The position numbers and the translations under genes were made by a program. Below, one piece after another: positions 32,621-40,039 of a DNA stretch of 64,000 nucleotides (position 1 is its first letter; every line of letters starts with the position of its first letter). A model generated the notes under the pieces. The model was not told where the DNA came from. It saw nothing but the letters and a program-made list of their open reading frames with translations, and did not search any database. The DNA is from Omnitrophica WOR_2 bacterium GWF2_43_52 (GTDB lineage: Bacteria; Omnitrophota; Gorgyraeia; Gygaellales; UBA12090), in contig MHGF01000022.1 in assembly GCA_001805445.1 (NCBI GenBank), forward strand, positions 10,613-74,612, written 5' to 3'.

Positions 32621-33388
32621 TTATCGTTGTGTCCCTTCCTTTATGTGATACGCAACTTTATTCTTCTTACAAAACTTAATAACTGCCTGAGCTGAACTGT
32701 TGTAGAATTCCTTAGTATATTTAAATTCAGAAGATTTAACGCTATAGTTAAGCCGGCCAAATATAATTTTGTTTACAAATGATACTGCCTCTAAGATCTC
32801 CCTCAAATCCTGCTTAATTAAATTTGGCGTTGGGTATGGTTCCATGCTCACCCAAGTTTTGAATCCTCTACTACTCAGGTTCTTTAAGGTTTTAACTCTG
32901 TCCTTAAAAGGAGCGGAATTCGGCTCAAATTCCTTCCTGAAATCTTCGCTCAAGGATACCAAAGTAATGCCATATTCATTATTCGTACTTTGCCCGTTTC
33001 TGTCCGCTAATTCTTTGGGATAGGTACCCTTAGTTAGCACTGTGCAACGAATACTATTTTGATTAAGCCTATCAATAATTTTAAGGCTTAATTCGCCTAC
33101 TTCCGGTTGATTATACATGAATGGATCCGTAGAAAAACACATGTGGACATATTTTATTTTTTCTTTATAGCGAGGGATCTCCTTGTCTAGAAGCTCTAAT
33201 GCATTAGAAACAATCTTAGGCCGGCACCAATCTTCATAGGTTTTGACTATACCACATCTTTTTTTCATCATATAAGCGTAGCAGGGATATTTACAGCCAT
33301 GAGAACAACCCTCTACATGGTTTAAGCAAAAGTCGGCATATTCAACGCCGCTTTGATAAAGTAAAGTTTTACGCTCTATCTGATTCAT
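32621..33388 (-). CDS. COG1533/SPL-like radical-SAM-related protein with variant three-Cys cluster C-x3-C-x3-C
   Basis: GCSHGCKYPCYAY resembles the GCxHxCxYCYA core of DNA-repair-photolyase-like radical SAM proteins but with a one-residue insertion; start overlaps the upstream gene by 20 nt. Confidence 0.45.
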   Translation of the reverse strand: MNQIERKTLLYQSGVEYADFCLNHVEGCSHGCKYPCYAYMMKKRCGIVKTYEDWCRPKIVSNALELLDKEIPRYKEKIKYVHMCFSTDPFMYNQPEVGELSLKIIDRLNQNSIRCTVLTKGTYPKELADRNGQSTNNEYGITLVSLSEDFRKEFEPNSAPFKDRVKTLKNLSSRGFKTWVSMEPYPTPNLIKQDLREILEAVSFVNKIIFGRLNYSVKSSEFKYTKEFYNSSAQAVIKFCKKNKVAYHIKEGTQR

Positions 33389-34466
33389 CTTTAAATTGAA
33401 TTATATCGTTTTCTTCTATGGCTTTTCTCTGGCGCCCCTTAGGCGTGAATGGAGGAATTCTTCGAATTTTGATTTTATTCTTTGCTTCTAAACATTTTAA
33501 GGTATCCCTGAATTGACTCTCTAAGTAAACAGTCGAATCGATATTATCCTCAAGCAACGATTTAAATGATACTTCTTTGCCGAGATATTTTTTAAATAAT
33601 AACTCTATTATCTCACTTTGTTTTATATCCGCAAGTTCAAATAATTCTAGCTGACCAGAGCGGAATCCGCGATATTCCACTCGTCCGAGATTGTATTTAG
33701 CAAAAGACGATTTCATAATAGAACAGCCCATATAATAATTAGATAAATGAAAAAGATAATAATAAGTTTTGCGTTTCTCAGGAAATTCAAGTTTATAATA
33801 ATACACAAATTTAGAAAATGTCTTTAGCTGTTCCCTGTAGTGCTCGATAATTCCTTTCTCTCTTGCCTGCCCTTTCAATGTTTTGAATATCTGCCAACCG
33901 TTTCCACCAAATAAATCATTGTAAACATTCTCAACTCTTGGTGCAGATAAAAACTGATTTATTCGCGTAAACATAAAATTCAACAATATCTCTGATTTCT
34001 CAACGCTCATAATCTTTTTTAAAGTTTCCATCTTTATTTTGAATCCAAATGGATCTATAAAAACGAATGTTGGCGCAATATTCTTTACCGTACTAATAAC
34101 ATTATTTATGGTTTCATCAAAATCTTTGTCCACCATAAATGGCTTTATTTTAATCTTCGAATAATCCAGAATTTTCTGTATATTCTCCAAGTGTTCTTTG
34201 CTTTCATCAACAATAATAACATTTATATCTCGAGAGTTTTTTAAAGCTATCCTCTCAATAGCCTGACAGACTAATACCGGTGAACCATAAAAAAGCTTTC
34301 CTTCTTTATCTTTATATCCCCCAATCCCACCAAAACCATCGATAAAATTAAGTTTATTATATTTCCCGACAATTTTTATCCATTTATCAATATAATCAGC
34401 AAAAACAGAGTGCTTGGTTTTAGTCTGTTCTTCGTACTCCCAGGTTTTAAATGGCAATTCACCCAT
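33369..34466 (-). CDS. TcmP-like (three-Cys-motif partner) protein with methyltransferase-fold motifs
   Basis: LNFIDGFGGIGGY (FxGxG SAM-binding motif-I-like) and FVFIDPFGF (DPPY/DPPF-like motif IV) about 90 aa apart; family name recalled from memory, not verified. Confidence 0.4.
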   Translation of the reverse strand: MGELPFKTWEYEEQTKTKHSVFADYIDKWIKIVGKYNKLNFIDGFGGIGGYKDKEGKLFYGSPVLVCQAIERIALKNSRDINVIIVDESKEHLENIQKILDYSKIKIKPFMVDKDFDETINNVISTVKNIAPTFVFIDPFGFKIKMETLKKIMSVEKSEILLNFMFTRINQFLSAPRVENVYNDLFGGNGWQIFKTLKGQAREKGIIEHYREQLKTFSKFVYYYKLEFPEKRKTYYYLFHLSNYYMGCSIMKSSFAKYNLGRVEYRGFRSGQLELFELADIKQSEIIELLFKKYLGKEVSFKSLLEDNIDSTVYLESQFRDTLKCLEAKNKIKIRRIPPFTPKGRQRKAIEENDIIQFKDESDRA

Positions 34467-34479
34467 AATTATACTTTTG

Positions 34480-35460
34480 TTAAAACTGTTTAAATTTATA
34501 TTTACGAGTTAACAGTTTAACTTTTGCTTGTAAATCAGAATCAGACCCGCAAGCTGAAGCTTTTTTTATATTATAAGCTTCTGCTAGGGGTTGAAAAATA
34601 TTCTCGGTTAAGTCGTATATCTTTTTATGTAATCCTTCGCAATACTCAAAAATATCACATTCCATCAAGAGATCATCAAAATATGATTTGAGATTGTCTT
34701 CTTTTGACTTTCCATACGTAATACCTTGCTGAAAATAGTATGGCCATTGCCGGGAAAGAAAATGGTAGAATTTCTCATCGTTATCGTGGAAAAGAAATCC
34801 GCTATGATACCTAAAATGAGCCATTTTATCCCTATAAAGTTTAAATAGCTCAAACCACTCATTATTGCTATCATCGAGTATTTCCATTTTAATAAGATTG
34901 TTTATATCATCCTGATATTTTTCATCAGCTGAAACAATGGTTTTTTTACCCGAAGCAGCTGACGTTTTTAAGCCATCCTTGACTTTCTTTACAATCTCGG
35001 CAAAACTCGCTCTGCCGAAATTACCCCATGATAAAACAGCGCTTATGACTTCAGCGGTAGAATCTAAAATTGAATACATATTGATTAATAAAAGCTGAAG
35101 GCACCTGTTGAAGTGCTTAGGCGCTGAGGGATCAAAAGGCTCATTTTTTAGTTTCTTTATGGGGTTATAGGTATCAGCGTCATATTTTTTCATCAAATCA
35201 AACAACTCATGGTAATCCTCAAAAGAGGATTTTATTAAATCGACACTTGCGCCAAGATGAGAAAACATTATTCTTTGGTCATCAGCCAAGAACTTCGGGC
35301 ATTTATCAAAAGAAAAATAGTCTGCCTCAACATAAAATTTAAACAAAGGTTCAGGAATAACCTTGCTATTACGTGCCACTATCCATGAATCTTCGGGACA
35401 TGTTCTGGCTAATAGTGCTGATACAACAACATCTGCGGTTAAGCAATCTTTAAATTTCAT
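34480..35460 (-). CDS. Hypothetical protein of the cassette (possible HEPN-like R-x4-H motif)
   Basis: 326-aa ORF, AT-rich, tightly spaced with neighbours; YRDKMAHF motif. Confidence 0.3.
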   Translation of the reverse strand: MKFKDCLTADVVVSALLARTCPEDSWIVARNSKVIPEPLFKFYVEADYFSFDKCPKFLADDQRIMFSHLGASVDLIKSSFEDYHELFDLMKKYDADTYNPIKKLKNEPFDPSAPKHFNRCLQLLLINMYSILDSTAEVISAVLSWGNFGRASFAEIVKKVKDGLKTSAASGKKTIVSADEKYQDDINNLIKMEILDDSNNEWFELFKLYRDKMAHFRYHSGFLFHDNDEKFYHFLSRQWPYYFQQGITYGKSKEDNLKSYFDDLLMECDIFEYCEGLHKKIYDLTENIFQPLAEAYNIKKASACGSDSDLQAKVKLLTRKYKFKQF

Positions 35461-35565
35461 TATTCTAATCTTTCAATAATTATTTCTTAGACCAAGCGCC
35501 AATGTCATGTGCAGTCAACTGGATTTAATCAATTTAAACCAGCATATTACGCTACGAACTGCGAA

Positions 35566-36831
35566 TTATTTAGAGAAAATGCCATGGTCAACAAGCAATG
35601 GTGTTATAGAAGCGTCAACTAAACATCCGACAATTGCGCCCTTGCCTTCTTCAAATAGTTTTCGCGCCTCAATATTGTAATTTTCTCGAAGCTTTTTTAA
35701 GTCGGAGACATTTTCATTCCTTTTTAAATCAGTTTCGAGTTTAGCCATAAAATTAACAAGGTTATCGTAATTTAAACCTAATAAAAGCGTATTTCCTAAA
35801 ATAAAATCTTTAACTTCTATATGTTTCGCCGTTGCCGCAATCCATTCTTTTTGCGAAATATGATTTGCCCCTACGGCAAAGAGGGCACAAATATACCCCT
35901 CTGCGAGGGTTGCCTTTAGTGAATATATTGAACTTTTCTCTAAGTCATTTTCATCTAACAGTTTTTCTAATGCTAATATCCGCGCGTAGCTCTCTTCGTA
36001 CTTCTTTTCATTCGCTATTTTAGAAATATCTTGTGTTTCTTTAAGAGCATACTTCATGATTTTTTCCTTATCGATATTATTCTTTGCAGTATCGCCATTT
36101 TCGCGAATTGGAGGAAATACTTTCTCCGTGAAATCTACTATCTCTAATTTCCACCATAAATGATTTTTATGGTCGCCGAACTTACGGTAACGCTTACTCG
36201 GATAGTAATAGTCGTGGTCTGAAGGCGATATAGATTTACTATGAAATTGCTCCAAATTCTTAAAATCAGTTATGTTCAATCGAAATAAAATCGCGTCCAA
36301 CGGAATTTCCCGAGTTATAAGTGAGCTTATCTCGTCATATCTTCCTCGATTTAAATGTATTATCAATTCATTCGTTCTAAATAAATATGAGCAGGCCAGG
36401 GATTCCGTTAAAAACGGAACTCCTTCTAAAGCTTTTTGTTCTTCGTCAGAATAAAGGTCTGAAAAACAAAATTCATAGAAAGTCAGAGGATTTAGATAAT
36501 TCCCATTCGCATCTTCTATTTCAAAATAATCATTGAATTTTTCATCTTCATACGTCCAGATTTTTGCTCGACAGTAGTTATTCGCGTATAATTCCATTTT
36601 ATATGTAACACTGAATTTCTTTTTAGATATTTTCTCTACCGCTGAATCATCGTAGCTAGTTTTATTTTTAATCGTCTTTAGATAAAATGCTGGAAGTGGG
36701 GTAAGAGAAATGCTAACAATCTGATCTATCCCAGTAGGATTTACTATTTTTTCTATTAATGGACATTTGCAATGTAAACACGCTTTAATATTATCATCAT
36801 ATGATTTGTTGCATTTAGGACACTGTTTCAT
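35566..36831 (-). CDS. Hypothetical protein with N-terminal zinc ribbon (first gene of cassette operon)
   Basis: CPKCNKSY...CLHCKC at N-terminus; GAGGAGG SD upstream. Confidence 0.4.
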   Translation of the reverse strand: MKQCPKCNKSYDDNIKACLHCKCPLIEKIVNPTGIDQIVSISLTPLPAFYLKTIKNKTSYDDSAVEKISKKKFSVTYKMELYANNYCRAKIWTYEDEKFNDYFEIEDANGNYLNPLTFYEFCFSDLYSDEEQKALEGVPFLTESLACSYLFRTNELIIHLNRGRYDEISSLITREIPLDAILFRLNITDFKNLEQFHSKSISPSDHDYYYPSKRYRKFGDHKNHLWWKLEIVDFTEKVFPPIRENGDTAKNNIDKEKIMKYALKETQDISKIANEKKYEESYARILALEKLLDENDLEKSSIYSLKATLAEGYICALFAVGANHISQKEWIAATAKHIEVKDFILGNTLLLGLNYDNLVNFMAKLETDLKRNENVSDLKKLRENYNIEARKLFEEGKGAIVGCLVDASITPLLVDHGIFSK

Positions 36832-36867
36832 GGTTACCTCCTCACATCTCTTTAGTTAACTTAAAAA

Positions 36868-36912
36868 ACAAAAACCTCCGCCACTACTGGCGAAGGTTTT
36901 AATTATTTTTAC
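36868..36912 (-). terminator. Rho-independent terminator after the XRE regulator gene
   Basis: ccttcgccagtagtggcggagg hairpin followed by tttttgtttttt on the minus strand. Confidence 0.55.
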
Positions 36913-36991
36913 GTGGCAGTTCCCCCTTCAAACATACCACTTTACTTATACTTAATCGTTGTCTTACATATAGCATAAATTTACCGCCGAG

Positions 36992-37189
36992 TCAAACAAT
37001 TTTTGCCAAGTCATCAAGCGAAATGCCTAAAGATTTTGCTATGCCAACCATAGTGGAAAAAGTAGGATTTTTTGACTCCCCAGATTCAATCTTCACAATC
37101 GTGTTAAAAGATACATCTGCCAAGCAAGCCAGTTTTTCTTGAGATAAACCTTTTTTTAGCCTTAATTCTCTAATTTTCTTAGCTGACAT
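36992..37189 (-). CDS. XRE-family helix-turn-helix transcriptional regulator (65 aa)
   Basis: LRLKKGLSQEKLACLADVSFNTIVKIESG... HTH_3 pattern. Confidence 0.85.
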   Translation of the reverse strand: MSAKKIRELRLKKGLSQEKLACLADVSFNTIVKIESGESKNPTFSTMVGIAKSLGISLDDLAKIV

Positions 37190-37337
37190 TCTCTGACTTT
37201 ATATACTTTTACATATAAACTTTTATTAATAGCGTTTGCCCTATAGCGAATTTAATATACCACATTTTGAGCTTATTTTCCAATCAAAATCGGCAGCAAG
37301 ATGGGCATCAAGAAGCATTGATTTTTGCTTACTTGTA

Positions 37338-37362
37338 TTAAATAAAGCCTAACTTTATTTAA
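37338..37362. promoter_or_regulatory. Perfect 10-bp-arm palindrome, candidate operator for the XRE regulator
   Basis: ttaaataaag cctaa ctttatttaa in the XRE promoter region. Confidence 0.35.
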
Positions 37363-37392
37363 TAAACACGCTATGAAATTATCCCGGACTAT

Positions 37393-37440
37393 AAAATTTT
37401 TGCACGAAAACAGCTCTTTTTTACGTCTTATATAGTAGGA
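37393..37440 (+). promoter_or_regulatory. Conserved promoter-like motif copy C1 (AAAATTTTTGCACGAAAA-N13-ACGTCTTATATAGTAGG)
   Basis: Near-identical to copies at 39032-39080 and 41574-41623; diverged copy at 43104-43150. Confidence 0.5.
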
Positions 37441-37502
37441 GTATAGTGGTAAAAACTATAACCATTTATGCCAAAAAACGCACTATATGAGGAGGGGAAT
37501 AA

Positions 37503-38207
37503 ATGTTCAAAAAATATTCAAAGCGGATAAAACAAAGAATACGCAATTTAAGAAGCCGAGGCTGGTCATTGGGAGAAATTGGTTTAAAAACGGGCATACC
37601 TAAGAATACCCTGTCTGAATGGGTCAGAGATATTCAGCTTTCTAAGGCTCAAGAAAAACGAATAAAAGAAAAGGAAATAGCATCAGCGGCCATTGGAAGA
37701 GATATAGCCAGAAAAATATTGCGTGAAAAAATTGATAAATGGAAGGAAAAAATACGAGAAAAGGTAAAACATTTTGGCAAATCAGCTTTACTAAATCAAG
37801 AAATGGGAAAACTTGTATGTGGATTATTATATCTGTGCGAAGGCTCTAAGTATCCTTCTACCAGATGTTTGATTTTCGGTAACTCCGATCCTAGAATAAT
37901 CAAGGCGTTCCTTAATTTATTAAGGAACTATTTCCGTATTCGAGAGGACAAGTTACGCTGCAGAATCACTCCTCGTTGGGACCAAAACATTAATAAGTTG
38001 CAGATTTTCTGGTCAAATATTACTAAGATTCCTATTGAACAATTCTACCACACAATACCTGACAAGCGTACCAAAGGCAAGACTACTGGAAAGGAAGATT
38101 ATCAAGGAGTTTGCGTTATATATTATTGCGATACCTCATTACAATTTGAGTTACAATCAATCGGTGAAGCAGTAATTAAAGGTGTAGGGGGGAAATCGAA
38201 AAGTTAG
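37503..38207 (+). CDS. HTH-domain protein (234 aa), possibly a degenerate homing-endonuclease or transposase-like protein
   Basis: N-terminal HTH (GWSLGEIGLKTGIPKNTLSEW); weak LAGLIDADG-like GLLYLCEGS; abuts tRNA-Ala. Confidence 0.4.
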   Translation: MFKKYSKRIKQRIRNLRSRGWSLGEIGLKTGIPKNTLSEWVRDIQLSKAQEKRIKEKEIASAAIGRDIARKILREKIDKWKEKIREKVKHFGKSALLNQEMGKLVCGLLYLCEGSKYPSTRCLIFGNSDPRIIKAFLNLLRNYFRIREDKLRCRITPRWDQNINKLQIFWSNITKIPIEQFYHTIPDKRTKGKTTGKEDYQGVCVIYYCDTSLQFELQSIGEAVIKGVGGKSKS

Positions 38208-38280
38208 TGGAGCTGGAGGGGATCGAACCCTCTGCCTCTTCCATGCCATGGAAGCGCTCTCCCAGGTGAGCTACAGCCCC
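38208..38280 (-). tRNA. tRNA-Ala (anticodon GGC)
   Basis: Reverse complement folds as GGGGCTG/CAGCTCC acceptor with G3:U70, D-stem GCTC/GAGC, anticodon loop AT-GGC-AT, T-loop TTCGATC; no encoded CCA. Confidence 0.85.
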
Positions 38281-38346
38281 ATAAAAGCAGATTTAAGAAC
38301 TAAGAATTAAGATCTAAAAAAAACTATTTTTAAAACGACAAGTTAA

Positions 38347-38739
38347 TTATTCTTGCTTTAAATACTCCGATAGCTTCTCCCAAGTGCGGCTGCCCATGAC
38401 TCCATCTGCATTTAATCCATTTGCTTCCTGGAATTTTCTGATTGCTTCTTTGGTCGCGGAACCGATTTGCCCGTCTGCCTCACCTTTATAAAATCCGGCA
38501 TTCTTTAGCGCGGTTTGAATCTCGGTGGCTACCGGCATCTTAAAGACTACTTTTTGCTTTTTCGTGGCATCGGTCAAGGCCTCTGACAACGCATTCACCT
38601 TGTCTTTTAAGGCGCTATTCTCCTTTTGCAGGCGCTCAACTTGCCCTTCAAGCGAATTTATTTTACCCTGATACTCCAGCGTGGCGCATCCTGATGCCCC
38701 AAAAATTAAAAATAACCCTAAAAATATAGTTCTACCCAT
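38347..38739 (-). CDS. Lipoprotein with coiled-coil segment and C-terminal peptidoglycan-binding (PG_binding_1) domain
   Basis: Lipobox LIFGASGC; ...FYKGEADGQIGSATKEAIRKFQEANGLNADGVMGSRTW; start set at internal ATG (ORF-track start is a TTG). Confidence 0.6.
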   Translation of the reverse strand: MGRTIFLGLFLIFGASGCATLEYQGKINSLEGQVERLQKENSALKDKVNALSEALTDATKKQKVVFKMPVATEIQTALKNAGFYKGEADGQIGSATKEAIRKFQEANGLNADGVMGSRTWEKLSEYLKQE

Positions 38740-38789
38740 TTGGCTTTTCTCCTTTTTTAGAAGAGTAATTATACCCCAGCTTTCTTTGT

Positions 38790-38818
38790 TTGACAAATAT
38801 TATTTTAGGTGCTATATT
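38790..38818 (+). promoter_or_regulatory. Consensus sigma-70 promoter driving tRNA-Leu
   Basis: TTGACA - 17 nt - TATATT, 17 nt upstream of the tRNA 5' end. Confidence 0.5.
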
Positions 38819-38835
38819 TTACTCATTCTTCCTTT

Positions 38836-38918
38836 GCTGGAGTGGTGGAATGGCATACACGCCAGTCTCAAAAACTGGTGGGGTCACACCCGTGTGGGTT
38901 CAACTCCCACCTCCAGCA
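38836..38918 (+). tRNA. tRNA-Leu (anticodon CAA), type II with long variable arm
   Basis: GCTGGAG/CTCCAGC acceptor stem, anticodon stem CCAGT/ACTGG with loop CT-CAA-AA, variable arm GGGGTCACACCC, T-arm GTGGG TTCAACT CCCAC, discriminator A; embedded in spurious N-terminal extension of ORF 38681..39613. Confidence 0.75.
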
Positions 38919-39031
38919 TTTATTATTTTTGGGTTCTCCCGTCCCTCTTGTTAGCTTGCGCGGCGGGATCCCGCTACGCGGGAAACTCCCTTCCCCGGCA
39001 CCATATCTTCCTCCTATCTCATAATCTCCTG

Positions 39032-39080
39032 AAAATTTTTGCACGAAAACCGCCTCTTACTCCGTCTTATATTGTAGGAG
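39032..39080 (+). promoter_or_regulatory. Conserved promoter-like motif copy C2
   Basis: gaaaatttttgcacgaaaaccgcctcttactccgtcttatattgtaggagg directly upstream of ORF6N-1 ATG. Confidence 0.5.
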
Positions 39081-39088
39081 GCGAAGAT

Positions 39089-39613
39089 ATGGCTGATTTA
39101 ATATCTACAGAAATAATAACTGCAAATATTTTAGTTATAAGAGGTAAAAGGGTTATGCTAGATAGTGATTTAGCTGTGCTTTATGGCGTAAAGACCGGAA
39201 GATTAAACGAACAGGTAAGTAGAAACATTAAAAGGTTTCCGGAAGACTTTATGTTTCTGCTTACCAAAGAAGAGGCTTTAAGCTTGAAATCGCATTTTGC
39301 GACTTCAAGCTGGGGCGGCGTAAGAAAACTCCCTCGCGCCTTTACCCAAGAAGGTGTCGCTATGCTCTCAGGTGTGTTAAGCAGCGAACGCGCAATTATG
39401 GTCAATATACAGATTATGCGCGCCTTTACTCATCTAAGGCGCATGCTTCTAACCAATAAGGACCTCAAACGAAGAATTGAAGAAATGGAAGAGAAATACG
39501 ATAAGCAGTTTGCGATAGTATTTCAAGCTTTAAAACAATTATTGGAACCTGCGCCGACAAAACCAAAATCGCAGATTGGGTTTCGTATGTATAATGATTC
39601 TGAAAAAAGTTAA
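39089..39613 (+). CDS. ORF6N-domain DNA-binding protein, paralog 1
   Basis: VMLDSDLAVLYGVKTGRLNEQVSRNIKRFPEDFMFLLT core; AGGAGG SD; ORF-track N-terminal extension rejected. Confidence 0.75.
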   Translation: MADLISTEIITANILVIRGKRVMLDSDLAVLYGVKTGRLNEQVSRNIKRFPEDFMFLLTKEEALSLKSHFATSSWGGVRKLPRAFTQEGVAMLSGVLSSERAIMVNIQIMRAFTHLRRMLLTNKDLKRRIEEMEEKYDKQFAIVFQALKQLLEPAPTKPKSQIGFRMYNDSEKS

Positions 39614-39697
39614 ATTCTAATGGCGAGGGTGGTATAATATTATATATTCAATCATTCTTAGAACAAAGTTAATAACTCAAAAAAGGAGACAGAAACC

Positions 39698-40015
39698 ATG
39701 TTCATTAAAGGCATGACTTTAACAAGTACTGTGCTATTAGCTTGGGGGTTTTATTATATTATCCTTAGAAAGGCTTATGATAAACAAAGCAGGTCAAGAA
39801 ATAATTGGATTATAGGATTAATTTTTATGTTAAGTTCTAAATTATACGACATCATCATGTATAAAATTCATCATGGCATCAAAGATGAAATCAACTCAAC
39901 CGATACTGCATTTTTTATAATATCTATTTTTGTTTCGATAGCAACCATAGCAAAGATATTAAATAAAATAGAAAAAATAAAAAAACTGGATTCGAAGGAC
40001 GAAAATATTAGTTGA
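39698..40015 (+). CDS. Small membrane protein (105 aa), hypothetical
   Basis: Two hydrophobic helices; AT-rich island cargo; GGAGA SD. Confidence 0.35.
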   Translation: MFIKGMTLTSTVLLAWGFYYIILRKAYDKQSRSRNNWIIGLIFMLSSKLYDIIMYKIHHGIKDEINSTDTAFFIISIFVSIATIAKILNKIEKIKKLDSKDENIS

Positions 40016-40039
40016 CGCTTTTCAATCGAAAGTTATTAA

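Noticed and set aside
38681-39088. N-terminal 136 codons of ORF-track ORF 38681..39613
   Set aside because: The GTG-initiated extension runs straight through the tRNA-Leu gene and its promoter. The conserved ORF6N domain starts at the ATG at 39089, which has an AGGAGG SD.
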